DNA of 64,000 bases from Candidatus Bathyarchaeia archaeon (GCA_038897035.1 JAWAXF010000002.1:46797-110796), one strand, 5' to 3'; positions 46,863-56,607 are shown, numbered from the stretch's first letter. A program made the numbers and translations. Notes: a model not told the origin generated them from the letters alone.

Positions 46863-47843
46863 TTGCGTTCAATTTTTGGGAGAATGAGTTTAATGGTTAG
46901 CGAAAAGGACGTTGTTAAAGATTATAGAATTTATGAGGGCATGACGGTGGACGAGATCGTTAAACAAATGCGGTCTGCTTGGGGCTTCACCGCTGGGAAA
47001 ATCGCGGCTGGAATGGACATATTAAGGGAGATGATTTTCGACAAGGAGTGCCTAAAGTTTCTCTCTTTCCCAGCATGTATCGTGGCTACTGGAACAAGAG
47101 GCGTCGTTGTTGAGATGGTTAAGCGCCGCCTAGTAGATGTGATCGTAACGACTTGTGGTACCCTCGACCATGACTTGGCAAGGAGTTGGAGGAACTATTA
47201 TCATGGATCATTCGATATGGATGATGCGGAGCTCCATAGGAGGGGGATAAATAGGCTTGGGAACATATTGATACCGAATGAGAGTTATGGAATGATAATT
47301 GAGGAGAAGATGCGCAAGCTCCTAATGGACTTATGGAGTAGTGGCGTTAGGGAGATCTCGACTAAGGAGCTCTGCTGGGCTATGGGAACAAATGTATGCG
47401 GGGAGGACTCAATACTTTACTGGGCTGCTAGGAACGGCATACCAGTCTACGTGCCAGGAATCACGGATGGTGCCGTAGGCTATCAAATATGGCTGTTCTC
47501 CCAAGACCATAAGATAAAGATAGACATCCTTAAGGATGAGCAGGAGCTAAGCGACATGATTTTCAGCGCTAAACGCACAGGGGCGTTAGTGATCGGTGGT
47601 GGAATCTCTAAACACCATATAATATGGTGGAATCAATTTAAGGGCGGGCTAGACTATGCGGTCTATATAACCACCGCGGTTGAATGGGACGGAAGTCTCT
47701 CCGGGGCGAGGGTGCGCGAGGCCATCTCATGGGGCAAGGTTAAGGAGAACGCAAAACACGTAACGATTGAGGGGGACGCAACCGTAATACTTCCGCTAAT
47801 GGTGACCGCACTACTCTCAAGGATTCCTAAGGGCGAACACTAG
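46863..47843 (+). CDS. dys: deoxyhypusine synthase
   Basis: The pattern GFTAGKIA...IVTTCGTLDHDL...GITDGAVG...GGGISKHH is typical of DHS. Start probably at Met 46884 or 46893. Confidence 0.9.
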   Translation: MRSIFGRMSLMVSEKDVVKDYRIYEGMTVDEIVKQMRSAWGFTAGKIAAGMDILREMIFDKECLKFLSFPACIVATGTRGVVVEMVKRRLVDVIVTTCGTLDHDLARSWRNYYHGSFDMDDAELHRRGINRLGNILIPNESYGMIIEEKMRKLLMDLWSSGVREISTKELCWAMGTNVCGEDSILYWAARNGIPVYVPGITDGAVGYQIWLFSQDHKIKIDILKDEQELSDMIFSAKRTGALVIGGGISKHHIIWWNQFKGGLDYAVYITTAVEWDGSLSGARVREAISWGKVKENAKHVTIEGDATVILPLMVTALLSRIPKGEH

Positions 47844-47850
47844 GTGGCAC

Positions 47851-48378
47851 TTAACCCTTTATTTGCTTTCTCACACTCTCGTCCTCTAATAGTATCTCGG
47901 CAACCCATTTAGCCACCTTGCCAGCAACATTAGTACATTTATCTCTGTGCCCGCCCATCTCCTCAAATTTCTTAAAGTCTTCCGGATCCCATAGGTTAAA
48001 TGACCTTCCAAAAATTTTCGTCTGGACATCCTTACAGACGCAGCTGCCAAATTCCCTAACAAATTTGTCGTATAGTTCTTTTGCCTTGATGTAAGACTTG
48101 AGGAATCTTCCTTTCCCCATGTCTTCTAAACTTCTGCCATAGAAGATGCCGAGCGCCAGAACTCCTCCGGAGAGGGCTCCGCATGTCCCATTTCCGCTTA
48201 ACCCTAAGCCCCCGGCTAGGGCATGTGCCGACTTGATCACCGTCTCTATTCCCTTAAGGTTAAACACTTCATATACTGCCCTCAAGACCGCTTGTGGACA
48301 GCTTCCGTATTTTGCTTCATACTTAAACGCCAAATTATAAACCCTTTTAGTCTCGTCCAAGCTTAACTCACCAAACAT
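47851..48378 (-). CDS. C_GCAxxG_C_C family redox-active protein
   Basis: GSCPQAVL and GNGTCGALSGGVLALG match the family-defining motif. Confidence 0.75.
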   Translation of the reverse strand: MFGELSLDETKRVYNLAFKYEAKYGSCPQAVLRAVYEVFNLKGIETVIKSAHALAGGLGLSGNGTCGALSGGVLALGIFYGRSLEDMGKGRFLKSYIKAKELYDKFVREFGSCVCKDVQTKIFGRSFNLWDPEDFKKFEEMGGHRDKCTNVAGKVAKWVAEILLEDESVRKQIKG

Positions 48379-48422
48379 TTATAATGTCATCAAAAAGATA
48401 TTTTAGTCTTGTGTGAAGAGCG

Positions 48423-49385
48423 TTGACTAGTGATAAAATAGGGCGGGCTAAGGAATTAAGCTGGCGGGTTTTTGGCAAGGTAATATACTTTTATGTTCCG
48501 GGCTTCACATATTATGATAACAGATACTTTAGGTCGTCACCAACGGTCTTTCCATCGATATCTATTACTGGCTCTTTTTGCTCACTTAAGTGTGATCATT
48601 GTGGTGGTGCGATCCTAAAGACTATGATCCCGGCTACTACGCCAAGCAAGCTTATAGAAGTTTGCTCAGACCTTAAAAGGAGTGGAGCGATAGGCTGCCT
48701 GATAAGCGGAGGTTGCATGCCAAGCGGCTCCGTGCCAATAGAGAGATTTATAGACGCAATATCTGAAGTAAAGAAGAGACTTAGATTAACAATCGTTGTG
48801 CACACGGGTCTAATAAACTTTGAGACTGCTAAGAGACTTAAGGAGGCTGGTGTGGACGCTGTTTCAGTTGACATAATAGGCTCTGATGAAACTATAAAAG
48901 AGATCTACCACCTTAACTGCGGCGTAGAGAAGTATGTTGAGACGCTAGAGGCGCTGAAGAGCGCCGGAATACCATTCACACCTCATGTTCTTATAGGCTT
49001 GCATTACGGCAGCATTAAGGGTGAGGTTGAGGCATTAAAAATGATCTCAAGATACGATCCATCAGCCCTGATACTCATAGTCTTCTTCCCCATAAGGGGC
49101 GCAAAGATGGAGTCTATTAAGCCACCGCCTCCAGAAACCGTGCTAGAGATTCTTTTAAAAGCTAGGTTTTTGATGCCGAGAGTTCCAATAGCCCTCGGAT
49201 GTGCAAGACCAAAAGGATCTCATAGAGTAAGGACAGATATACTGGCGGTCGATGCCGGAGCTAATGCGATAGCGTTCCCAAGTCCAGAGGCCATAGAAAG
49301 GGCGAAGGAACTAGGTTTAGATATAAGGTTCTCACAAGTCTGCTGCTCCCAGATCTACAGAGACATTACCTTTAAGAATTGCTAG
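48423..49385 (+). CDS. radical SAM protein, biotin-synthase-related (COG1856-like)
   Basis: Cluster motif GSFCSLKCDHCGG, followed by ISGG and HTGL barrel strands. Confidence 0.7.
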   Translation: MTSDKIGRAKELSWRVFGKVIYFYVPGFTYYDNRYFRSSPTVFPSISITGSFCSLKCDHCGGAILKTMIPATTPSKLIEVCSDLKRSGAIGCLISGGCMPSGSVPIERFIDAISEVKKRLRLTIVVHTGLINFETAKRLKEAGVDAVSVDIIGSDETIKEIYHLNCGVEKYVETLEALKSAGIPFTPHVLIGLHYGSIKGEVEALKMISRYDPSALILIVFFPIRGAKMESIKPPPPETVLEILLKARFLMPRVPIALGCARPKGSHRVRTDILAVDAGANAIAFPSPEAIERAKELGLDIRFSQVCCSQIYRDITFKNC

Positions 49386-49389
49386 CTCC

Positions 49390-49929
49390 TCAAAGAGTGG
49401 CTTCAGCAGATACTCTTTCCCCAACTCTGTAGAACATTTTTCCGGAGCAGTGAAGGATTGGCTTAAAGTCCGTTTGATCCACGTGCTCCTCAACGACCCT
49501 GCCGACAACAAGGTAATGGTCACCAAATTTCTCCATGAACTCAACGACACACTCAAGCTGAACTGGGCAGCCTTTTATCCTAGGTGGGCGAACCCTTATG
49601 CTTCTTTCGGTCTCAAGCCCTATTAAAGCAAACTTATCGACATTCCTACCAGACCTTGTGCCGCAGATCCACACTTCCTTAAGCATATCCTCACATGGGA
49701 TATTCACTACAAATTCTTTGACCTCGTTGAGGTTCCTGAAGGTATATCTTTCCGGAGCCACTGAAAAGGCTAGATACTTCGGTTCAAAGCTGATTGGCAT
49801 CATAAATGAGAATGATGCGACGTTGGGTTTTCCATCCTTATCGCAGGTGGTTATGAGACCCGTTACTCGGGGAAATATAAGTCTACTGATGACCTCAACC
49901 ATATTAAAAGCTAGGGTCATTTTTAGCAC
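49390..49929 (-). CDS. flavin reductase-like FMN-binding domain protein
   Basis: GLITTCDKDGKPNVASFSFMMPISFEPKYLAFSV is typical of the split-barrel flavin reductase family. Confidence 0.75.
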   Translation of the reverse strand: MLKMTLAFNMVEVISRLIFPRVTGLITTCDKDGKPNVASFSFMMPISFEPKYLAFSVAPERYTFRNLNEVKEFVVNIPCEDMLKEVWICGTRSGRNVDKFALIGLETERSIRVRPPRIKGCPVQLECVVEFMEKFGDHYLVVGRVVEEHVDQTDFKPILHCSGKMFYRVGERVSAEATL

Positions 49930-50062
49930 ATAAGCGTTTCTTATTTGAGAAGGCTAACTGAAAAGGGGATAAGGTTTAAAGAAAAGCCTAAGGAGGATTT
50001 GGGAACATCTTAAAAAACCGAAACTTAGAAATACTCATTAAAGATATAAACATTAAATCGAC

Positions 50063-51190
50063 ATGAATAATACTGGAAAAATTAGCATTTTTATTCCAGT
50101 TTATAGGGAGTCTGAGCTCATTGGACAGACATTAGCATTTCTTCTGAATGATCCATACAAAGAGAAAGAGATTTTCGTTGTAATAGATGAGCCGACACAG
50201 AAAAGCATAGAGATAGTTGAAGAATTTTCTCAGAGAGGGGTTCACTTCAGATTAAATGGCGAGAGAAAGGGTAAAGCCAACGCTCTAAACGAGGTTGTTA
50301 AGGAATCGAGCGGCGATATTTTTCTATTCCTTGACGCTGATGTTTTGATAGATGAGACAGCTGGAGGGAACTTTCTCGGAACTATAGCCAAAGAGATGGA
50401 GAATGCAGAAATAGTTGAAATCAAGAAGGAGGTTATCAGAGACTCCTTTGTAGCTAAAATAGCAGGCTATGATTATATAGGCTTCGCCTTAGCTAGCCTA
50501 TACTTTTCTCAAAAAATAGGGCGGTGCTTGGCAATAAATGGTGCAGCCTTCGCCATAAAGAGAGAAACTTTTGAGGAGCTGGGCGGATTTAGAAGAACTA
50601 TATGCGAGGATTTAGACATAGCTACGAGGTCTTTTGCCAATGGCACGCGCTTCAAATTCATAAGTGATCTAACCGTGTTCACTAAAGCACCTTCCTCTTT
50701 GAGGGGATGGTTTAACCAGAGAAAACGGTGGGCTATTGGCGCAGCTTTCTGGGTTAAAGATCACTTTAGAACGCTTAGAAGGGCCCTTCGGAAACATCCT
50801 AGAGTCATAGCTCTATCATTGCTTTCAGCTTTTCCATCAATTCCCCTTCTGCTGATGAGCCTCTTCATACCAGACGAGATATTCACTAAAGCGCTTTATA
50901 TGCTGCTCTTACTATTTTCAACAACAACAAGTTTGTTAATTTTTCCAGCAGCCTTCACTTCTGTCATAATCCCCGCTATGAAAAGCCTTGCAATGCTCCT
51001 TGGTAGCTTTCTGGGATATTCAGCAACATTTTACCTTCTCGCAAAAAAGCTCAGATTTCACTTTAACCTTCCAGAGTTTGCAGTATATTATTTTATCGCG
51101 GCTCCCTTATGGCTCATGTTGACAGTTACCCTTTTGATTAGGCTTTGCATTAAGAAAAACAGCAAAGTCAACATCGACTGGAAAGTATAA
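50063..51190 (+). CDS. family 2 glycosyltransferase with C-terminal membrane domain
   Basis: IFIPVYRE, FLDADV, and a QRKRWAIG (QxxRW-like) motif, then four or more hydrophobic helices. Confidence 0.8.
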   Translation: MNNTGKISIFIPVYRESELIGQTLAFLLNDPYKEKEIFVVIDEPTQKSIEIVEEFSQRGVHFRLNGERKGKANALNEVVKESSGDIFLFLDADVLIDETAGGNFLGTIAKEMENAEIVEIKKEVIRDSFVAKIAGYDYIGFALASLYFSQKIGRCLAINGAAFAIKRETFEELGGFRRTICEDLDIATRSFANGTRFKFISDLTVFTKAPSSLRGWFNQRKRWAIGAAFWVKDHFRTLRRALRKHPRVIALSLLSAFPSIPLLLMSLFIPDEIFTKALYMLLLLFSTTTSLLIFPAAFTSVIIPAMKSLAMLLGSFLGYSATFYLLAKKLRFHFNLPEFAVYYFIAAPLWLMLTVTLLIRLCIKKNSKVNIDWKV

Positions 51191-51269
51191 TTTTCAAGAA
51201 CTTTCACGCCACTTGTTTTAGTCTAAAGGGTAAGGCTTATTAAGTTAAATTTTAAATATCGACTATGTT

Positions 51270-52175
51270 ATGTTCAGGTTTAGTAAAGAACAAAAAATCT
51301 TCGATATCGCTGGCGTTAAAATTGGTGGGCAGCCTGGTGAACTTCCAACAGCGATGATCGGATCTATCTTTTACCATAAGCACAAAATACTATACAATGA
51401 GAAGACCGGAGAGTTCGATAAGCAAAAAGCTGAAGAGCTCCTAATGAAGGAAAAGGAAATATCTGATGAGACAGGTAACCCGAGGATAGTTGATGTCTGT
51501 TGTGGGTGGCCTCAGGCTTTTGAGAAATTCATAGATTTCATCGCAGACGTAATTGAGGGGCCGTTCTCAATAGATGGTGTTACAGCGGATGCAAGAATAG
51601 CTGGAGCAAAGTATGTAGGAGAAGCTGGTCTCTCTGAAAGGGTTATTTACAACTCCATTACGCCTGAAACAAGAGAAAATGAAATTTCCGCAATTAAAGA
51701 GGCTAAGATAAAGTCCGCAATCTTTTTAACGCTTAACGCAAAAAGGCCGACATTATCTGGTAGACTGCAGGTTCTCGATGATCTGCTTATAATAGCCCAG
51801 AAGGCTGAGATTGAAAATATCTTAGTTGATACGTGTGTCCTCGACATACCAGATCCAGGTCCGGTTAGTAAAGCAATCTATTATGTCAAGGAGGAATATG
51901 GTTTACCAGCGGGAGCGGGAATACACAACGCCATTGATATGTGGAGGAAAAGACGCAAAAAAGATCCAACTAAGTATATGTTAGCTAGCGCGGTAGCTAA
52001 CGTCACCTCCATAATACTGGGGGCAAACTTCCTCTTATATGGACCAATAGAGAATGCCGGGATAGCATATCCCACATGCGCGCTGGCAGACGCATATATA
52101 GCTTATGCTGCGAGACAGGAATATGGAACAAAACCGCTAACAACTAATCACCCACTATTTAGAATCTTCCGCTAG
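51270..52175 (+). CDS. mtrH: MtrH-like methyltransferase (tetrahydromethanopterin S-methyltransferase subunit H family)
   Basis: The N-terminus MFRFSKEQKIFDIAGVKIGGQPGELPTAMIGSIFY closely follows the MtrH N-terminal signature as I recall it. No other mtr subunit is in the window. Confidence 0.8.
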   Translation: MFRFSKEQKIFDIAGVKIGGQPGELPTAMIGSIFYHKHKILYNEKTGEFDKQKAEELLMKEKEISDETGNPRIVDVCCGWPQAFEKFIDFIADVIEGPFSIDGVTADARIAGAKYVGEAGLSERVIYNSITPETRENEISAIKEAKIKSAIFLTLNAKRPTLSGRLQVLDDLLIIAQKAEIENILVDTCVLDIPDPGPVSKAIYYVKEEYGLPAGAGIHNAIDMWRKRRKKDPTKYMLASAVANVTSIILGANFLLYGPIENAGIAYPTCALADAYIAYAARQEYGTKPLTTNHPLFRIFR

Positions 52176-52205
52176 AAGTCTCATATGTGAATCGTTTCCC
52201 CAGCG

Positions 52206-52230
52206 TGACCTATTTTAACTTTCTAGGTCA
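52206..52230 (+). terminator. 7-bp perfect hairpin after the mtrH-like gene
   Basis: TGACCTA (52206-52212) and TAGGTCA (52224-52230) flank an 11-nt loop, 31 nt after the stop. No clear T-run, so it could instead be an operator. Confidence 0.3.
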
Positions 52231-52341
52231 TGTTCAACAGACATAAAAAGACTAAATACAGAGAGATTGAGGATTACATCACGAAAATCTTTAATAGCGA
52301 TTCACCAGAAAGTAAATTTAATGTTTTGGAGAGTGCATTAG

Positions 52342-54978
52342 TTGGAAGAGAGAAAAATTAAAGAGACGGATGGTGTTAAGGTTTGTTATGTTAGTCATGG
52401 CTTAGGTGGAATAGGAAGTTCAGCCGAGCCTTTAGAGGTTCATGTTAAAGACGGAAAGATTCTAAGGGTTAAACCAATGCACTTTGAGAATGTTAGGTTA
52501 TATGAGATAAAGGCTCGCGGGAAGGTTTTCACCCAACCAGCTAAAACCTTACCTTATTGGATCAGTCTGGCTTACAAGAAGCGCGCCTATTCACCCAATA
52601 GAGTGATGTACCCGCTTAAGAGAGTTGACTGGAGCCCAGAGAATAGAAACCCGCAGAATAGAGGAAAAAGCCCGTTTGTCAGAATAACGTGGAAGGAAGC
52701 CCTTGACATAATTGTGAGCGAAATAAAGCGGATAAAAGAGAAGTATGGACTATGGTCGATATTGGTTCAGGATGACGGTCACGGACAATGTGGCGCCATG
52801 CAGACACCACATGGCGTATACCATGAGCTTTTCTATCGACTAGGCGGGTTTACAATGCAGGTAAGAAACCCGGATAGCTGGGAGGGCTATTATTGGGGCG
52901 CGAAGCACGTGTGGGGTATGGAAGGTCCCCATGCCGGGCTTCCCCATCAGGACGCCATCTTTGATGATATTTTAGAAAACGCTGAGGTGTTAATATTTAC
53001 TGGGTGCGACCCGGAGACAACGGTTGCTGGTTTTGCTGGCCAAATTGGCAGCGTTATGTGCCGCTGGTTTAAGGAGGCTGGAATAAAGATAATAGCAGTA
53101 GCGCCTGACTGTAATTTTACAACAGCTTTGCATGCCAATAAGTGGATTCCTATTAGACCTAATACTGACGCGGCGCTCTATTTAGCTATAGCTTATGTTT
53201 GGATTAAAGAGGACACGTATGACAAAGAATATTTGAAGACTCATTGTGTTGGCTTTGAGGAGTTCAAGAGATACGTTCTTGGCGAGGAAGATGGAATACC
53301 GAAAACACCTGAGTGGGCGGAGAAGATAACCGGCGTTCCATCGAGGGCCATAAAGGCTTTAGCCAGAGTCTGGGCAAAGAAAAGGACATCATTAACAGTG
53401 TTCTTCGGAGGGCCAAAGATTAGGGGTCCATATTCTCATGAAACTGCTAGGCTGGAAGTTGTATGCATGGCCATGCAGGGGCTAGGAAAACCTGGGAGAC
53501 AATTCTTTAGGGGTTTTTACCCACCAGCTACAGGAAAGAGAATAGCGCCGATTCCTCAGTATCCTGAGATCACTAGGTCATTTGTAGGTAATCCAATGGC
53601 CAGATACACGGTTGAAGCCCTTGCGCCAGTAATTGTACCTAAAGTTCTCGTTGCTGACGCAATATTAAACCCGCCTATAATATGGTATGGCACGGGGGCG
53701 ATAGCTGCGAGGAGGGAAGATCAATTTAAGAAGTATACGTTTCCGCCAGAGGGGCATCCGGGCATTCACATGATATGGAACGCTAATTGTTGCTATATCA
53801 CATGCTGGAATGGTAAAATATTGGAGGCATTTAGAAGCCCGCAGATAGAGTTCATTGTTGCGGTCTCTCCTTGGCTTGAGAACGAAGCTGTTTTTGCTGA
53901 TGTAGTGCTTCCCGCTCAAACCATATTTGAACATGAAGACTTAATACAGACTGCGCGCGCGGCTGTGAGTGCGATTGCCTTTCAAGAAAAATGTATTGAT
54001 CCTATAGGTGAATCAAAGAGCGACTATGAGATATGCCGAATGCTGGCAGAAAGACTGGCGAAAGAATTCAATAAGCCTGAAATACTTGAAGCTTTTCTGC
54101 CGCCAGAGGAGTTTATGAAAAGGTTATATGAAAAAACATATGCTCTCACAAAATATGGATTAAGCTTGGAGGAACTTAAAGGAAGAAAAGTTCTTATTCC
54201 GGATCATCCGACATGGGAGGAGTGGAAACAGATTCAAAATGACATAGCCGCTAAGTATGGTCTGACATGGGGCTCGAAGCCAGGTTTAACCTGGTTTTAT
54301 GAGTTGCCTGAAGGAAAAGACCTTGAGACCCCGACTGGTAAAATAGAAATATTTTCCACTGGCTTAGCTAAGCATTTTCCCGACGATGAGGAGAGACCCC
54401 CGCTACCAAGATACATGCCCTACGGTGAGACCCACCAAGAAAGTCTACTTCACCCGAGAGCTAAGAAATACCCAATGTTATTAGTATCAAATCATCCAAG
54501 ATGGAGGTTCCATGCTCAAGGTGATGATATTACATGGCTTAGGGAGATACCGACATGTAAAGTTAAAGGGCCAGATGGCTACTGGTATGAGCCCCTCTGG
54601 ATTCATCCCTTCGATGCCATCAAAAGGGGTATAAAGCATGGAGATGTAGTTAAGGTCTATAATGAGAGGGGAGCAATTCTATGTGGGGCATATGTCACTG
54701 AGAGGATAATGCTGGGCTGCGTCCTAGTACATCATGGATCAAGAGCCGATTTAATATCAATAGACCCGCCCATAGATAGGGGTGGAGCAATAGACATTCT
54801 CATGCCGCCTAAGCCGATGTCTAAGAATACTGTAGGCCAAGTGTGCAACGGGATACTAGTTGAAGTAGAAAAGGTAGATCTCTCCGATATAATGAAGAGG
54901 TACCCAGAAGCTTTTAAGCGCAAATTACATAAGGATGTTGGACCATATCATGGATCATGGGTCATGGAGGAAAGATAA
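52342..54978 (+). CDS. molybdopterin oxidoreductase catalytic subunit, pyrogallol-phloroglucinol transhydroxylase-like clade
   Basis: VHVKDGKILRVKPM, IKARGKVFTQP, NPDSWEGYYWG, LAIAYVWIKEDTYDKEY and IPKTPEWAEKITGVP parallel the transhydroxylase large subunit as I recall it. There is no twin-arginine signal and no N-terminal Cys cluster. Confidence 0.8.
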   Translation: MEERKIKETDGVKVCYVSHGLGGIGSSAEPLEVHVKDGKILRVKPMHFENVRLYEIKARGKVFTQPAKTLPYWISLAYKKRAYSPNRVMYPLKRVDWSPENRNPQNRGKSPFVRITWKEALDIIVSEIKRIKEKYGLWSILVQDDGHGQCGAMQTPHGVYHELFYRLGGFTMQVRNPDSWEGYYWGAKHVWGMEGPHAGLPHQDAIFDDILENAEVLIFTGCDPETTVAGFAGQIGSVMCRWFKEAGIKIIAVAPDCNFTTALHANKWIPIRPNTDAALYLAIAYVWIKEDTYDKEYLKTHCVGFEEFKRYVLGEEDGIPKTPEWAEKITGVPSRAIKALARVWAKKRTSLTVFFGGPKIRGPYSHETARLEVVCMAMQGLGKPGRQFFRGFYPPATGKRIAPIPQYPEITRSFVGNPMARYTVEALAPVIVPKVLVADAILNPPIIWYGTGAIAARREDQFKKYTFPPEGHPGIHMIWNANCCYITCWNGKILEAFRSPQIEFIVAVSPWLENEAVFADVVLPAQTIFEHEDLIQTARAAVSAIAFQEKCIDPIGESKSDYEICRMLAERLAKEFNKPEILEAFLPPEEFMKRLYEKTYALTKYGLSLEELKGRKVLIPDHPTWEEWKQIQNDIAAKYGLTWGSKPGLTWFYELPEGKDLETPTGKIEIFSTGLAKHFPDDEERPPLPRYMPYGETHQESLLHPRAKKYPMLLVSNHPRWRFHAQGDDITWLREIPTCKVKGPDGYWYEPLWIHPFDAIKRGIKHGDVVKVYNERGAILCGAYVTERIMLGCVLVHHGSRADLISIDPPIDRGGAIDILMPPKPMSKNTVGQVCNGILVEVEKVDLSDIMKRYPEAFKRKLHKDVGPYHGSWVMEER

Positions 54979-54979
54979 G

Positions 54980-55855
54980 ATGGGGAAAGCTTTTATTATA
55001 GATATAGCTAAATGTAACGGCTGTTATTGCTGCCAAATAGCCTGTAAGGATGAGCATGTAGATAACGATTGGAGTCCATACGCAAAACCACAGCCCGACA
55101 CCGGTCACTTCTGGCTTAAGATCGAAGAGCTGGAAAGGGGAAGTATACCAAAGGTTAAAGTAACTTATATACCGCGTCCCTGTATGCACTGCGATAACGC
55201 TCCATGCATCCAGACATGCTCTATAGGTGCAATAAAAAAGAGAGCTGATGGTATAGTCCTAATAGACCCAGAAAAATGTAACGGCTGTAAAGCATGTATA
55301 GATGCATGCCCATATAACGCCATATACTTTAATGACCAGTTTAACATTGCCCAGAAGTGCACTATGTGCGCACATATAATAGATGGGGTAGACCCCTTAG
55401 TTAAAATTCCTAGGTGTGTTGAGGTCTGCCCGCACGATGCGATAATCTTTGGAGAGGAAAATGATCCAAAAATAAAAGAGGTCATAGGCAAATCTGAAAC
55501 ACTAAACCCGGAGTGGCGTAAAAGACCATTTGCAATTCTGTATGGTGAGAACAAATATAAGCCGAGGGTGTACTACCTTAATTTGCCCAAACCATTTATA
55601 GCTGGAGAAGTATATGACCCGGAGATCGATGAATGCCTAGAAGGGGCCAAAGTAACACTTACAGACATAGATACCGGTAAAACATATATTACTGAGACTG
55701 ATGAATTTGGGGATTTCTGGCTCGAAAACCTAGAATGGAGGCATATATACTCAATCAAAATAGAAAAAGATGGATATATACCATGGATTTTAGAGGACAT
55801 AAAAGCTGATAAAGACGTAAATTTGGGTGAAATAACCCTCTTGAGAAAAAGATAG
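54980..55855 (+). CDS. 4Fe-4S ferredoxin-type beta subunit with C-terminal beta-sandwich domain
   Basis: Likely ATG at 54980 (MGKAFIIDIAKCNGCYCCQIACKDEH), 2 nt after the alpha-subunit stop. Further motifs are CMHCDNAPC, CNGCKACIDACP and CTMCAH. The C-terminal ~80 aa (AKVTLTDIDTGKTYITETDEFGDFWLENL) look like a CarboxypepD_reg-like fold. Confidence 0.85.
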   Translation: MGKAFIIDIAKCNGCYCCQIACKDEHVDNDWSPYAKPQPDTGHFWLKIEELERGSIPKVKVTYIPRPCMHCDNAPCIQTCSIGAIKKRADGIVLIDPEKCNGCKACIDACPYNAIYFNDQFNIAQKCTMCAHIIDGVDPLVKIPRCVEVCPHDAIIFGEENDPKIKEVIGKSETLNPEWRKRPFAILYGENKYKPRVYYLNLPKPFIAGEVYDPEIDECLEGAKVTLTDIDTGKTYITETDEFGDFWLENLEWRHIYSIKIEKDGYIPWILEDIKADKDVNLGEITLLRKR

Positions 55856-55873
55856 ACAATATTTTTTCCTTAT

Positions 55874-55896
55874 TAATCTTCTGAATTAAAAGATTA
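55874..55896. terminator. 7-bp hairpin between convergent genes
   Basis: TAATCTT (55874-55880) and AAGATTA (55890-55896), with T-runs on both sides. Confidence 0.35.
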
Positions 55897-55923
55897 TAGC
55901 TGCTTTTATTGGAATCGAGGAAT

Positions 55924-56607
55924 CTAAGGTTTAGTGGGCGGTTTTATGATGCTTTTATGATAATTACTGTAAAGTGCGATTACTGGATTATGCCCTAAAA
56001 GTCGATCCTTAACTATTAAAGTCGTTACCGGGGCCTTTGAATGCATTGTAAAGAGGATATCGTGTCCAATGCACAAACCGACAATTATATTTAGATCTGT
56101 TCCAGCATTATTTAATATCAATGCCTGGGCTATTGGGTTGCATGCAGCCTCATATTTGTTTGGATCCCGGATCTTATATTCATTAGGAACAAAAAGTTTT
56201 GTCTTATCAACTGCGCCGCATTTACATCTGACGGAGACTACAGAAAATCCTGACTCCTCAAGAACTTCTACCACCCTTGCTGCTTCGTCATGAAGCCCCG
56301 TGCAGAAAGCTACACCTAGCTTTTTAACATCAATGAGACTACAGAATTCTATAAGCTCCCTTATCCTCGGATACACGGGCATCAACGCTCCCCTAACAAC
56401 TTCATATGCTTTTTTCTCAGTAATTGAGGAGGCCAAGTAAATTCTCTTTATATATTCGTCATTATACATAAGTTGCGCTGACTCTATTATTTGCTCATAA
56501 TTCACTATCGGGCAAAAACTCGGAAGTAATTTTCTATCAATTTCTTCCTTTGGCGAGAATAAGCAATAAGCCTTCTTACACTTTGCACATTGAGGGGGGG
56601 CGCTCAT
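55924..56607 (-). CDS. Cys-rich metal-binding protein (DUF1847-like)
   Basis: N-terminal QCAKCKKAYC...FCP plus later CTG, CKC and CN cysteines. The family assignment is from memory only. Confidence 0.5.
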   Translation of the reverse strand: MSAPPQCAKCKKAYCLFSPKEEIDRKLLPSFCPIVNYEQIIESAQLMYNDEYIKRIYLASSITEKKAYEVVRGALMPVYPRIRELIEFCSLIDVKKLGVAFCTGLHDEAARVVEVLEESGFSVVSVRCKCGAVDKTKLFVPNEYKIRDPNKYEAACNPIAQALILNNAGTDLNIIVGLCIGHDILFTMHSKAPVTTLIVKDRLLGHNPVIALYSNYHKSIIKPPTKP

